A stretch of 64,000 bases of DNA from a virus (lineage: Duplodnaviria; Caudoviricetes): IMG/VR virus record IMGVR_UViG_3300035522_000179, positions 185,614 through 249,613 of that record. The stretch is one strand, 5' to 3'. Positions 1 to 10,330 of the stretch are shown piece after piece. The first letter of the stretch is position 1. The number at the start of each line of letters is the position of its first letter. A program made the translations under genes and the position numbers. The notes beneath the pieces are model-generated. The model was not told the origin of the DNA, did not search any database, and saw only the letters and a list, made by a program, of their open reading frames with translations.

Positions 1-2
1 TT

Positions 3-311
3 GGTTCTGTTGTTGTCAATGGTGGTAAGATTAAAGTCCTTCAGGGAATTAACCGTGGTAACATGGAGCAGATCAACATCGTTGTTAATGGTGGTAAGAT
101 TGAGTCTGCTTATGCTGGTGGCGAGGTTCCCTTCGTTGGAACTTCTGAGAAACCTAATGGTAATGATGCTAGTGGTAGCTTTACAAAATCTACCATGGAG
201 ATCAATGGTGGAACCATTACGACTCTTTCTCTTGGTGGAAATAACTATCAGGCGATTGAAGAGGGAACTGAAGAGGCAAATGCCGTTACGCTTGTCGATA
301 ATCGTAAGTAA
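3..311 (+). CDS. 3' end of a gene starting before the window; VNGG-repeat (beta-helix-like) protein
   Basis: The frame of ORF 63..311 is open back to the window start (GSVVVNGGKIKVLQG...IVVNGGKIESAYAGG...INGGTITTLSLGG) and is followed by a terminator hairpin. Confidence 0.6.
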   Translation, partial: GSVVVNGGKIKVLQGINRGNMEQINIVVNGGKIESAYAGGEVPFVGTSEKPNGNDASGSFTKSTMEINGGTITTLSLGGNNYQAIEEGTEEANAVTLVDNRK

Positions 312-312
312 T

Positions 313-351
313 AAGAAAAGAGGTATACGAATTTCGTATACCTCTTTTCTT
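313..351. terminator. bidirectional intrinsic terminator
   Basis: aagaaaagaggtatacgaa-t-ttcgtatacctcttttctt inverted repeat between convergent genes. Confidence 0.85.
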
Positions 352-1604
352 TACATTTTTCTTAGTTCAATTGCTCCAGCAATCTGGAAATCACCAGTAG
401 CATTCTCATTCAAGAATTTATACGTAACTGAAGTTAAGAAATAAGTTCCATTGTATTTATTTCCAATGCTTCCATCTTCAAATACCAAAGTCATCTTTTT
501 GTTTGGAGCAAGAGCAGAGATATCAAAGTCTGCTATGGTTCCACTCACGACGACGGAGGAAGAAGATGTCTGTGCAGTATAAGTAGAACCTAACCACTCA
601 TTATCGGTTGTATTTTCAATCACTGCTTTATTTGAACTTCCATTGGTCACCGTATTACTTGATGAAGTTGTAGTGGTTCCATCGGTTGCGTTTACTACCA
701 CAGCATCTGTTCCTTTTAATACATCGGTGGATACGGATTTATTAGAAAACGTAACTTTATCGTATTGCCAAGCAATGTAATACTTATCGTTGCTATCATT
801 ATCCACACTTCCTGCATTTGCAGTATTGTCCGATTCTGGAAGAGGGATTAAGAAAACCGTTTCTTGTTTTTCTCCACTTTCATATGCAGTACATCCACCT
901 TTGTATTTCAGGATGTAACTTCTTAAAAAATCAAAAAAGATAATGGATCCAGTTTTGTAAAAACCATAATAAGCATCCAGATGTGCAAGGCATCTGCTTA
1001 CTGTAAGCGGAGGAAGTAGCATAGTATCATAGGTCTTGTTATTCTCCAAAGGACTAATCAAACAGTTGTTAATTCCTCCTTTGGTCAGTAGATACCCAAT
1101 TGCAGATGTGAGTGTGGTATTTACTAGGACTTCATTAATCTGGGTTTTCATTGTCGTTGCTACTTCTTCTCTATATAAATACAACTCTAATTCATTCTGT
1201 GGTTCCTTCAAATTGTAAGTACTATCGGTTTGCGTTTGATTTTTTAACAATAACTGACTGGAATCTCTTTGAATATTTAAATCGTCTTCAATGGTTGCAA
1301 AAGTTGCATTGATAAAATCTTTTCTAGGAGAGTTATAAGTTTTCTCCGGATTTTGAAAATACTTTTGAAGATTCAAATTAATCTTTAATGTCGTTTTGTT
1401 TTGGGAAGCTGCATAATAAACTTCATTGTCCAATAAGAAAACGACTTTTAAAATCGAAAATGTATTAGTAAGAAAATCTGATTCGATCTCAATGGAAGAA
1501 ACGTTTCGCCCTTCCAACGAATAGGACTTTCCATTGATAATCATTGTGCAAGCATTTACTACGTATCTCCATTTCTGGATTGCACTTGGATTAAATAATG
1601 CCAT
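351..1604 (-). CDS. putative baseplate hub / tail protein
   Basis: 417-aa ORF with RBS. The C-terminus DISALAPNKKMTLVFED...YNGTYFLTSVTYKF resembles the end of gp27/gpD-like hub proteins. Confidence 0.5.
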   Translation of the reverse strand: MALFNPSAIQKWRYVVNACTMIINGKSYSLEGRNVSSIEIESDFLTNTFSILKVVFLLDNEVYYAASQNKTTLKINLNLQKYFQNPEKTYNSPRKDFINATFATIEDDLNIQRDSSQLLLKNQTQTDSTYNLKEPQNELELYLYREEVATTMKTQINEVLVNTTLTSAIGYLLTKGGINNCLISPLENNKTYDTMLLPPLTVSRCLAHLDAYYGFYKTGSIIFFDFLRSYILKYKGGCTAYESGEKQETVFLIPLPESDNTANAGSVDNDSNDKYYIAWQYDKVTFSNKSVSTDVLKGTDAVVVNATDGTTTTSSSNTVTNGSSNKAVIENTTDNEWLGSTYTAQTSSSSVVVSGTIADFDISALAPNKKMTLVFEDGSIGNKYNGTYFLTSVTYKFLNENATGDFQIAGAIELRKM

Positions 1605-1658
1605 AGTATTCCGTCCTTTCTATAAAAAAATAACCTTAGGAAATTGTCTTTCCTAAGG

Positions 1659-2753
1659 TTATACAGTTAATTCTTCAAGCATCAGTCGATTTTCAAAATA
1701 TGCGTGGTTATTATATTCCAAAAGTCCGTTGTTATTCGACCGATCAATCAGTTGCGCTTTGATATCATAGATCTGTTCTAGCGTCAAACGAGACACCATT
1801 GATTCAATATCCAAACACAAATAATTTGATTCCACATCCGGTTGAAGGTCTTCTGGAAAGATGGTCTTAAGCATATCGATTCCATTGGTATTCATAGTAA
1901 GATCATTGTTTCTCATACCATCTACAATCATTCGAAGAAGTCTACCACTTCCAATGTTTTGAATTCCATCTACACTTCGGTACTGTTCTCCAAGGGTTGC
2001 AAATAATAAAGAGTAATATCCTTTGTTCGAATAGATATTAATCTCTTCACTATAATCCTCATTGCTCTTCCTGATTAAAGAGCGTAAATGACCATCTACG
2101 GAACAACTGATGGTAGATGCCATAGGACTTCTCCTTATGTAATGGCATAAGAATCCACTGCACATGGAATACTCCGTGTCTACATATTCTGAGGTAACCA
2201 CCAGATTTTTTCTGGAACTATCCACTTGAGAGACAACAAACGGAACGACTGAACTATCAATATTCCGTGATGTAACGAAATAGACTCCACGAATATTTTC
2301 GGTAATCATTTTCACCCTAGGAATAATTTCATTTATTAGTTTCTCCCCCATCAAAGAATACTTTGGATTTTTCAAATACTTCACCAGATAATACGAACGA
2401 AAATCTGGATTGAATTGTGATTCATTAAATACGGTGGAATTGACGTCTGTCATATACAAAATGACATTAGTATCAAGTCCATCTGCTCGAAAGAATTTTC
2501 GATAATGTGCGGCAAGGTTCACAAGATTCGCCGCAATCATCATAGAAAAGGTATCTCCCGCATTGTAAACCTTTTTATCTACATCCTTCAAACTCGATAG
2601 CAATTTAAGAACAGATTCTACATTGACAAATACGTTGACTTTATCTCCAGGTCGCAAAAAATGAGAATCTTCAATGGTTTGAGCATATTGTGCATATCGA
2701 ATTTTCATGATATTGAAACAAATTGAAAAGGAATCAAAGTCCTGTGGTTCCAT
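1659..2753 (-). CDS. putative 5'-3' exonuclease/FEN-like (T4 RNase H-like) protein, divergent
   Basis: 364 aa, with N-terminal VFVNVES and an H3TH-like SVDGIQNIGSGRL motif; several expected acidic residues look degenerate. Confidence 0.4.
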   Translation of the reverse strand: MEPQDFDSFSICFNIMKIRYAQYAQTIEDSHFLRPGDKVNVFVNVESVLKLLSSLKDVDKKVYNAGDTFSMMIAANLVNLAAHYRKFFRADGLDTNVILYMTDVNSTVFNESQFNPDFRSYYLVKYLKNPKYSLMGEKLINEIIPRVKMITENIRGVYFVTSRNIDSSVVPFVVSQVDSSRKNLVVTSEYVDTEYSMCSGFLCHYIRRSPMASTISCSVDGHLRSLIRKSNEDYSEEINIYSNKGYYSLLFATLGEQYRSVDGIQNIGSGRLLRMIVDGMRNNDLTMNTNGIDMLKTIFPEDLQPDVESNYLCLDIESMVSRLTLEQIYDIKAQLIDRSNNNGLLEYNNHAYFENRLMLEELTV

Positions 2754-2853
2754 TTTATTCCTTTCCTTTCTTCATATTTTCTTAACAAAAAGTTCTTGTG
2801 TTGAAAAACGAGTATGGAGTAAACCAAAATGATTTACTCCATACCCTTTTATC

Positions 2854-3567
2854 TTACTGACGATTCAAGCTGCCGCGCAGGATCTTAGAAAGTTTATCAT
2901 TAACTCCCTCGTTCCTCTTTCTCTCACGGGGCTTCTTCATCACTCGGTAACTACAATTATCCCGGTCGATCTTCTCATATTCTGCCTCAACCACATAAGC
3001 CGGAGCATGAGTCTTCGGATTAATCTCACTCTGATTTTTCTTCACCATGGTGGAGAATACACGAATCGGGTCAATCAGGAATACCACCGTCTTAGAGTTG
3101 TGGTCTCCGATTCTCATCATCTTAGGAGAGCACAGTCCTGCAATCTCTCTTGCTGCTGTTGTGCTGATTCCAAGCTTTGCCTTGTAGTCACTGCTGTTTA
3201 AGAATGCTTTCTTATCACCCTTTACATAAACGAAGGAAGATACGGCATCCCAAACCGGCTCCTGCAAATTTGCAAGCTCTCTGTTTTCATCGTTCTGGAA
3301 CACTTTCATTACATGGTCTCCAGATTCACTGGTTCTCTTCTTGATTGCTTCCTCAGGAAGAACCGCTACGAAAGGAGCGAACTTCTTGGAATAAGGCATA
3401 CTGATCAAAGTGATCTGCACATCTTCGCAATTGCTCCCTTTCTGTCTTGCAGCGTTAATCATCATATTGATTCTTTGCTGCAGAAAATCTCTTACATCGT
3501 TCGTAGTGAACTTGTAAGTCTCAACAGTTTCAATCGGTGAATATCCGATTCTGTTTGTGTCGCTCAT
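2854..3567 (-). CDS. hypothetical early protein
   Basis: 237 aa, strong RBS (aaggagg), ATATATTAT promoter upstream and a terminator downstream. Confidence 0.8.
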   Translation of the reverse strand: MSDTNRIGYSPIETVETYKFTTNDVRDFLQQRINMMINAARQKGSNCEDVQITLISMPYSKKFAPFVAVLPEEAIKKRTSESGDHVMKVFQNDENRELANLQEPVWDAVSSFVYVKGDKKAFLNSSDYKAKLGISTTAAREIAGLCSPKMMRIGDHNSKTVVFLIDPIRVFSTMVKKNQSEINPKTHAPAYVVEAEYEKIDRDNCSYRVMKKPRERKRNEGVNDKLSKILRGSLNRQ

Positions 3568-3643
3568 AGTTTGAGCCCTCCTTTAATATAAATGATATGA
3601 TACTCAGATAGGAAATTTTTATCCCTCTGCTATATCCAAGTAA

Positions 3644-3652
3644 ATAATATAT
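3644..3652 (-). promoter_or_regulatory. early-type phage promoter ATATATTAT
   Basis: One of 10 intergenic copies, each oriented toward a downstream gene or transcript. Confidence 0.75.
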
Positions 3653-3702
3653 TGCTCAATCGATTTTTTCGATTACAATCTTGTTATGATTGGTATGCTT
3701 TT

Positions 3703-4473
3703 TTATTTAAAGAAGGAATGTCCAACCTCATCTGTAAACAGATAAGTTCCATAAAACTCTGTGACAGAGTTTGCTGCAAAGTAAAGTGCTCCATTGGTGT
3801 AATCCGGAGTACTTGCATCCAATGCTTCTTCTACTGCTTCTTTTGTTAAATCCGTAATTTCTACAGTGTAGTATCTTCCATCATTAAAGGAAGAACTTGC
3901 ATTTGGATAGGTGAGTGCATCATAGAGATTGTCCACACAACTGAAGGTTTCATCGTTTTCTACACGATTCATAAATACTTGGGCAACGCGAATTTTTGCT
4001 AGTTTCATTTCTTCTTCATTCACGTTATTTCCTTTGTACTTATACTTTTCTCCAGTGACTTCTGCTTCCACAACTCTTAATAGCACATTATAAGTTTCTT
4101 CATCGATTTCCATTCGATATGCTACGGTATCTTCTACTTCCTCTTCTGGAATTTCTTCTATAACAGGTTCGAAGATTTCATCTCCCTGTAATTCCATGAA
4201 ACTAGGATCTGCCATAATTGCATGATTGTAATACAATTTGTTTGTGACGACAACTACTTCGGAAGTAATTGGTTCACACTCTTCTTCCGGCGTAATCTCA
4301 ATAATTTGAGATTTGGTATGCCCAAAGAAATCTGTTATGTTTGAATACGTAGTGAATGCAAAAACGAATGATAACGCAAAAACAAGTTGTACCATAGATA
4401 CTCTAAGTAGTACCTCGATTTCATAGATGTCTTTCATGATGTTTCTCGGGTTTCGCATGTATGCGTTGTTCAT
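3703..4473 (-). CDS. membrane-anchored cell wall hydrolase (Hydrolase_2 / SleB-CwlJ family)
   Basis: N-terminal hydrophobic segment, then LLRVVEAE (catalytic Glu), VAQVFMNRV, DYTNGALYF and GHSFFK. Confidence 0.8.
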   Translation of the reverse strand: MNNAYMRNPRNIMKDIYEIEVLLRVSMVQLVFALSFVFAFTTYSNITDFFGHTKSQIIEITPEEECEPITSEVVVVTNKLYYNHAIMADPSFMELQGDEIFEPVIEEIPEEEVEDTVAYRMEIDEETYNVLLRVVEAEVTGEKYKYKGNNVNEEEMKLAKIRVAQVFMNRVENDETFSCVDNLYDALTYPNASSSFNDGRYYTVEITDLTKEAVEEALDASTPDYTNGALYFAANSVTEFYGTYLFTDEVGHSFFK

Positions 4474-4522
4474 GATTTTATGCCTCCAAATTCATTAATT
4501 AAGTATTTTCAGTTCTCTCTTT

Positions 4523-4870
4523 TTAGCTCTCGTCTTTTATCCTCTCGATCGCCGCCATATCACATTTTCTCATCCATATTCTTCCACCTTCCGCATGAAT
4601 ATTTGTAATTTTTTTATCATAGATTTCAAAATCAGAGAATAGCTTGTCTTGTGGATGAAGGAAGGATTTATCCAAATTTTGAGATATTAATAACGCATCC
4701 GCATTAACATATGCACGACGAGATCTAGGACAAGTTTTTGCCCATGCTTCTCGGTAGATTCTATTTTCTTCTAATTGGTATTTGGTTGCATTTGCTCGAT
4801 ACCCATTTGCCTCTCGAGAGCACCTGATCATATCCAGGAAGGCTTCTACGTCTTCCCCTGTGTATATCAT
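4523..4870 (-). CDS. hypothetical protein
   Basis: 115-aa ORF in a minus-strand operon; its start overlaps the upstream stop. Confidence 0.65.
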   Translation of the reverse strand: MIYTGEDVEAFLDMIRCSREANGYRANATKYQLEENRIYREAWAKTCPRSRRAYVNADALLISQNLDKSFLHPQDKLFSDFEIYDKKITNIHAEGGRIWMRKCDMAAIERIKDES

Positions 4871-5283
4871 TTCTCTTCTCCCATCATTCCATATTGATAA
4901 TTTCCAATAAAATGCCGAATCGCACTTTCTACACTAAGGACGCTAGTGTAATTAAAAATACTTTCCGTTTTTCTGGTATATGGAACCATCTCATATCGGA
5001 TAAATACCATCGAAGATAAAGATTTGTGGGGTCTACCATCAATATATGGCAACGACATATGCGCAGTCGTAACATAGTGCAATAAACTATCATATTCCAT
5101 TAAACTTGCACGGTTATCAACTATCGCCAAATAACGTTGAGAGTTTTGTATAGCATTCACATCGAGACCCATTGAATGAACATTTGAAATCTTCTTATTA
5201 AATGCCCTCTCACCAATATCATCAATTCGATAAAATTCTTTTAAATCGTGAAGATTCTTAAATATGTTTAAACTTTTATCCAT
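4867..5283 (-). CDS. hypothetical protein
   Basis: 138 aa with aaaggagg RBS. Confidence 0.7.
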   Translation of the reverse strand: MDKSLNIFKNLHDLKEFYRIDDIGERAFNKKISNVHSMGLDVNAIQNSQRYLAIVDNRASLMEYDSLLHYVTTAHMSLPYIDGRPHKSLSSMVFIRYEMVPYTRKTESIFNYTSVLSVESAIRHFIGNYQYGMMGEEK

Positions 5284-5308
5284 AGCATTTGTCCTCCTTT
5301 CCTTTTAC

Positions 5309-5728
5309 TTAACAGTGTGAACACCATTTTAAAGTGTAAGCGCCATTAACAAGAGTGCTACGACTCATAGAACGATATAAAACCTCTCCGGAAATAGCTT
5401 CTTCTAGTATATCAGAAGAACTGTGTAAGTTACTCGAGTGGCGATTGGTAACCGTTACATATTCACGATGTGTCAATAATGATGAAGACCGACTATTACA
5501 TTCATAATTGTGTATACCCACAACACAAGTAAATTTAAGATAAGGAGACTCAAATGGAGTGCAGTGGTTTCCAATCACCACTGCACGTTCATCCCAAAGC
5601 AATCTGGTATCATCACACTCCGGATTACTATTGATATAAATTTCATTCTTTTCATGATCCCCGATTTCTTGATCATGACCCACAACCCTATTACAACATT
5701 TATTTATTGATATTCTTTCTTGTAACAT
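5309..5728 (-). CDS. hypothetical protein
   Basis: 139 aa with gaggagg RBS. Confidence 0.7.
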   Translation of the reverse strand: MLQERISINKCCNRVVGHDQEIGDHEKNEIYINSNPECDDTRLLWDERAVVIGNHCTPFESPYLKFTCVVGIHNYECNSRSSSLLTHREYVTVTNRHSSNLHSSSDILEEAISGEVLYRSMSRSTLVNGAYTLKWCSHC

Positions 5729-5779
5729 TATACTCCTCCTCGATTTTATTTTATGCTGATATTATATCCATGCATAGTT

Positions 5780-6136
5780 TCAAACATCCATAGTTTCGTA
5801 AAAACAACTCTCATTGTTTATTTTTCTTATACTTTCTCTTCTTTCAAATGCATTCCAAGGGACTATGTCAAGCCACTTGTATTGTGTAGGGGTATTGTAC
5901 GGCTTACTATAGAAAATAGGGGTACCTCTTTCTTCTCCATAATTAAAATTCATCTTTACCCTAACGACTTCACCGTATTTATCAACTTCTTCAATCATAG
6001 ATGTAAATACATTCGTTGTATTATATTCATTTATAGGATACTCACTTGTTCCTATAAGATTACAACTTATATAATCACCACAACGCCTGTTATAGGTTGC
6101 AATGATTTGATGTACGGGTTCATAAGATTTATCCAT
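5780..6136 (-). CDS. hypothetical protein
   Basis: 118 aa with RBS; first gene after the ATATATTAT at 6184-6192. Confidence 0.7.
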   Translation of the reverse strand: MDKSYEPVHQIIATYNRRCGDYISCNLIGTSEYPINEYNTTNVFTSMIEEVDKYGEVVRVKMNFNYGEERGTPIFYSKPYNTPTQYKWLDIVPWNAFERRESIRKINNESCFYETMDV

Positions 6137-6183
6137 TGATTATCCTCTTTCTAACTTTATCTTACTTACACAAACTCAATAAA

Positions 6184-6192
6184 ATAATATAT
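6184..6192 (-). promoter_or_regulatory. early-type phage promoter ATATATTAT
   Basis: Intergenic copy upstream of the 6136->3703 operon. Confidence 0.75.
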
Positions 6193-6225
6193 CGATATTT
6201 GAAAAATCTGAATTTCCGTATTTAA

Positions 6226-6237
6226 AACAATCCTTTA
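6226..6237 (+). promoter_or_regulatory. late-type promoter AACA-N6-TA
   Basis: aaca-atcctt-ta upstream of ORF 6297. Confidence 0.6.
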
Positions 6238-6296
6238 ATGCAATGAATTCAATTTATTGAAATAAAATAACTATTTGAAAGTGAGGATAAAAGACT

Positions 6297-7178
6297 ATGT
6301 ATAAATTGGTCATGAACGACTCTACTACTTATGCATTGGCTTCGTTGCCCTATGAGGATACAATCACAAAGAAGGGTGTACAAAAGAGAGTATGGAGTAT
6401 TCCTTTCGGAAAAGAGATTACCACCATTGAGCAGGTGAAGACAATCGTAAATGATGAGCTTAAGTCATCGAATATGAAAGTTCTGGAGAACGATATTGAA
6501 GTCGCTGAGAGAAGCAATTATACCGTTCTGGAGCAGATCACAACTGGTGAGTATTCCGAAACCGTTGATGGTGAGGAGACAACCTATGATATTCTGATTG
6601 CTAAGGTTTCTCAGAGTTCTACCATTCCTGAGCAGATCCTTGCACTGGAAGATCAGTTGAAGGCTTTCAATGCCGCAGTAAATAATCTGTCTGATCAGAA
6701 TGCAAGTATCGTTACAGACAATACAGAGATCAAAGAGAATCTGAATGCTGCCACAACGGCTGTAGCAGAGATTCAGAAGAAAGTCGCTGATGTAAACGAG
6801 GATGATCTTTCTTTGGAAGATCTGAAAGCTTATCGGATTGCTCAGAGTAAGGTAAACCTTGCAAACTATCTGGCAACTCATCCAGTAACCAGTACTGCTC
6901 ACAAGAATACCGAGGCTTCTTACAGCATTACTCAGGAGAAGCAGAGTCTGCTCGTATCCATGATTATGATGTGCACCATCAATCCTGATTATCAGCCTAG
7001 CTGGAACGCAACGGGTGAGGCTTGCACCTATGATTGGACTTTGGAAGAGCTTCAGACTCTTGCAGCTGACATTGAAGCAGTGGTAAGACCTTTGGTATCC
7101 AAACAGCAGTCTATGGAAGTTGAAATCAACGCTGCTAGCACCATTGCTGCAGTAAAGAAAGTTTCGATTACTTTCTAA
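6297..7178 (+). CDS. coiled-coil protein with C-terminal DUF4376-like tail-fibre-associated domain
   Basis: C-terminal WNATGEACTYDWTLEELQTLAADI...KQQSMEVEINAASTIAAVKKVSITF. Confidence 0.6.
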   Translation: MYKLVMNDSTTYALASLPYEDTITKKGVQKRVWSIPFGKEITTIEQVKTIVNDELKSSNMKVLENDIEVAERSNYTVLEQITTGEYSETVDGEETTYDILIAKVSQSSTIPEQILALEDQLKAFNAAVNNLSDQNASIVTDNTEIKENLNAATTAVAEIQKKVADVNEDDLSLEDLKAYRIAQSKVNLANYLATHPVTSTAHKNTEASYSITQEKQSLLVSMIMMCTINPDYQPSWNATGEACTYDWTLEELQTLAADIEAVVRPLVSKQQSMEVEINAASTIAAVKKVSITF

Positions 7179-7278
7179 AATAAATTTGACAAGGAAGAGT
7201 ATTTGATTACTCTTCCTTGTCTTATATCTTATTTCTTTTTGCACAGTTTTGTAAGTATGAGTAAAGAAGGAATAAAAA

Positions 7279-8478
7279 ATGAAAAGAACCTATGAAAACG
7301 AATACGCTGGAATTGTACTAGCAGATTTACATTTTGGTGCGTCAGATCCAAATGATCTTAGACGAGAACTAAATGAGAATTTTTTCAAACCTCTCAAAGA
7401 GGATCGATATGATTTTATTATTATCGCTGGAGATTTCTGGGATAAGAAGATGTATTTAAATGATAGAGCGTGTGAGATTGGTTTATGGTTTATGAAAAAA
7501 CTTACCGTTCTTAGTAATAAGATTCGTGTGATTTATGGAACCGAATCACATGAAGTAGACCAGTATCATATCTTCAATGTATTTGGAGAACAAACGGATA
7601 TCGATTTTAAAGTAATCAAGACAGTTTCGGAAGAAGAATTGTTTCCCGGATTTCATGTTTTGTATCTTCCGGAAGAATATATCCAGGATAAAAACGAGTA
7701 TTACAAAGAGTACTTTGATAAGAAGGATTATTATGATTATATCTTTGGTCATGGGGTGATTGCAGAAGCAATGACCATGATAAAAAGAACCAAAGAAACA
7801 AAGAAAGATGGAAGATTAAAACCAGCTACTTTTACCACTGCAGATTTTAAGAAGTGTGTAAAAGGAGAAGTTTACTTTGGTCATTATCATATCCATACAG
7901 ATATTACGGATTGGTGTCACTACGTTGGAAGTTTCACGAGATGGATTCATGGAGAAGAAGAACCCAAAGGATTCTTTACTATTGCTTTTGATTATGAAGA
8001 TAAAAAATATTCTTCGGAGTTTCATGAAAATATGGATGCTCCTACTTATAAAACCTATTCTTTTGGATACAAGGATGAAATCTTTAAATCAGATGAGGAG
8101 TTTCATGGAAGATTGATCACCTTGTCTAATATTACAAAAACAGAGGATGAACCTCATGTAAGATTCATTTTTAACATACCAGAGGATTATCCAAATCCAG
8201 AAGCATTCATGGATACCATAAGAGAAATATTTCGGTATTCAAAAAACGTAACTTATGAGTTCGTAAATGGATATGTGGAAAAGAAGAAAGTAACCAATGC
8301 GAAAGCATTAAGTGAAATCTCAGATAAATATGATTATTTGTTTAATAAGAATTTGTCGGTAGGAGAAGTAGTAAATTCCTTTATTAAAGATACCAATGGA
8401 AAAGACCTTGGCGGAGATAATGTGAATACCTATCTTCATACCGATGTGATGCGATTAATAAATGAAGAACTTAGCTAA
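7279..8478 (+). CDS. sbcD: SbcD/Mre11-like metallophosphoesterase nuclease (T4 gp47-like)
   Basis: Motifs ADLHFG, IAGDFWD, GTESHE (variant of GNHD), FGHG, FGHYH and YVGS. Confidence 0.85.
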   Translation: MKRTYENEYAGIVLADLHFGASDPNDLRRELNENFFKPLKEDRYDFIIIAGDFWDKKMYLNDRACEIGLWFMKKLTVLSNKIRVIYGTESHEVDQYHIFNVFGEQTDIDFKVIKTVSEEELFPGFHVLYLPEEYIQDKNEYYKEYFDKKDYYDYIFGHGVIAEAMTMIKRTKETKKDGRLKPATFTTADFKKCVKGEVYFGHYHIHTDITDWCHYVGSFTRWIHGEEEPKGFFTIAFDYEDKKYSSEFHENMDAPTYKTYSFGYKDEIFKSDEEFHGRLITLSNITKTEDEPHVRFIFNIPEDYPNPEAFMDTIREIFRYSKNVTYEFVNGYVEKKKVTNAKALSEISDKYDYLFNKNLSVGEVVNSFIKDTNGKDLGGDNVNTYLHTDVMRLINEELS

Positions 8479-8505
8479 ATCAGCTAAGTTCTTCATTATT
8501 GTTTT

Positions 8506-10242
8506 TTACTCATCAAATTGAATTGACTTGTCCACATCGAATGGATCAAAGTCCATCATCTGATACATTTGATTTGCAGTTTTTACTTTCTCTTCTCTTT
8601 CAACCGCATTCTTCTTTCCTCTCTTCACATCTTCCAAAGCCATCATCTGATTACTCATACTCAATGTCATAAGAGGTTTCGTTAATCCTACATCATCCAT
8701 TAATTTGATTTCATTTCCTGGTTCATAAGGTTGGTTGAAATACTGAAGTTTCCGCATGTTCTCGTCTTCATCACTAGAACGGTATCTTCGTTTTAAAAGT
8801 TTAAAAGTCATAAATAATTCAAGAGTATCTTGCTTTACTTCTTGGTTCAATACGCACACCCAGTCTGAATTTTCAATTATCTCCCAGGCACCAGCAACAC
8901 CATCTCTTCCAATTAACTTTGTTACATCTTCTTTCTTTGCTTGAAGTGCAGTATCTACCACACTAGATGCGACACGGTTTAGCTGTTGTGCTGTAATGAC
9001 TGGGATGTCATAATACGTTGCAAGATTTTTCAATTCATTTGTAATATTCTTTAATTCTTCTTTTTCACTAGGAGCACTTTCTGCTGGAGCAATTCTCTTT
9101 ACATAATCCAGAATTAGTGCAATGGTTTCATCTCCACCATCATCCAACTCTTGGATAATTCCATACAGATCATTGGTGCTGATACTCCTATTGGGATAGT
9201 ACTTAATAATGATATTGATATTATTTTTATCTGTTAAAGTAAGTTTTCCATTGTTTCTTAACTTTTTGATTACTTGGTCCGGAGTAAAGTTTCGAATATC
9301 ATCTTGAGAAGCAACCATATTAAAGATTCTCTCAATGGTCTCTTCGATACTATTCTCCATTGTAATAAATGTGACACAAGGTCTTTTGTTTGGGTCCTTT
9401 GCTTTTACGTGCTCATTGTATTTCTTGATATCCAAAGCACTCTTTAATAAGATTTGAGATTTACCACCACCTGGGAATGCCAAATACATATAAAGACGTT
9501 TGGATAAATAAGCCGGAGCAAGAAATACATTTAACCCATAAATACCAGTCTTTAACATCTTCATTCTATCTTGAAGTTTTGTTACCGCACTGGTAATCAA
9601 ATCGTCCATTTTATCTGGATCCAAAGTAAACATCTCTTCGGAATCCATGCTATTTACATTTCGTCTGATATTTACAATCGAAATGCAAAGCTGTTCCAAA
9701 TCATTGGAAATCTCTTGAAAACTAGAATACTCTTCATCATCGATTGCATCTAAGAAATCTCTTAGAATTTCTTTTACGGTAATCACATACCCAAAGCGTA
9801 ATCTGTCGTCAATACGCTTTAATAACTTCTTACTATCTTCATATCCAATCTTTAAGTTCTCAATGGTATTTACATATTTACGAATCTCATCGTTTGCTTC
9901 CTTGTCTTCTGTCAATTCTGCTTTGATGGCATTCATAGATTCCAACCTACTATCTACCATGAGTGCCAAAGACTTTAAAATCACCCAGAACCTCGTATTC
10001 AAATCAGGATTCTTGCTGTATGGTTCTGGGTTTATATTCAAAAATAACTTATAAATATTCTTTAAAGCTTTCGGTGTTCTTAACACACTCTCTTTGTAGA
10101 TAAATGCTACAATTGAATCTAAGGAGAAAATTTCAAATCGCAAATTCACCTGTTTTAATTTTAAAGACTGAAAATTTGTGGATTCCCGGATTCTAAGCGA
10201 TATATCATTCTCCTTATCTTTTTTATTATTTTCGTTTGCCAT
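8506..10242 (-). CDS. DnaB-like replicative helicase
   Basis: Walker A AFPGGGKS, then FITMEN, LILDYVKRI, ELKNLATYYDIPVITAQQLNR and IIENSD. Confidence 0.9.
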   Translation of the reverse strand: MANENNKKDKENDISLRIRESTNFQSLKLKQVNLRFEIFSLDSIVAFIYKESVLRTPKALKNIYKLFLNINPEPYSKNPDLNTRFWVILKSLALMVDSRLESMNAIKAELTEDKEANDEIRKYVNTIENLKIGYEDSKKLLKRIDDRLRFGYVITVKEILRDFLDAIDDEEYSSFQEISNDLEQLCISIVNIRRNVNSMDSEEMFTLDPDKMDDLITSAVTKLQDRMKMLKTGIYGLNVFLAPAYLSKRLYMYLAFPGGGKSQILLKSALDIKKYNEHVKAKDPNKRPCVTFITMENSIEETIERIFNMVASQDDIRNFTPDQVIKKLRNNGKLTLTDKNNINIIIKYYPNRSISTNDLYGIIQELDDGGDETIALILDYVKRIAPAESAPSEKEELKNITNELKNLATYYDIPVITAQQLNRVASSVVDTALQAKKEDVTKLIGRDGVAGAWEIIENSDWVCVLNQEVKQDTLELFMTFKLLKRRYRSSDEDENMRKLQYFNQPYEPGNEIKLMDDVGLTKPLMTLSMSNQMMALEDVKRGKKNAVEREEKVKTANQMYQMMDFDPFDVDKSIQFDE

Positions 10243-10330
10243 TTCGTCGTCCTCTTTCTATAAGAGATTAAAACTTTGTTAAACCTATCATAAGACATTA
10301 TTATAACTATGAAAAAGGAGTGAAGGCAAT

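Noticed and set aside
1-444. 147-aa ORF 1..444
   Set aside because: It runs through a terminator and into the convergent gene; the coding frame is the one ending at 311.
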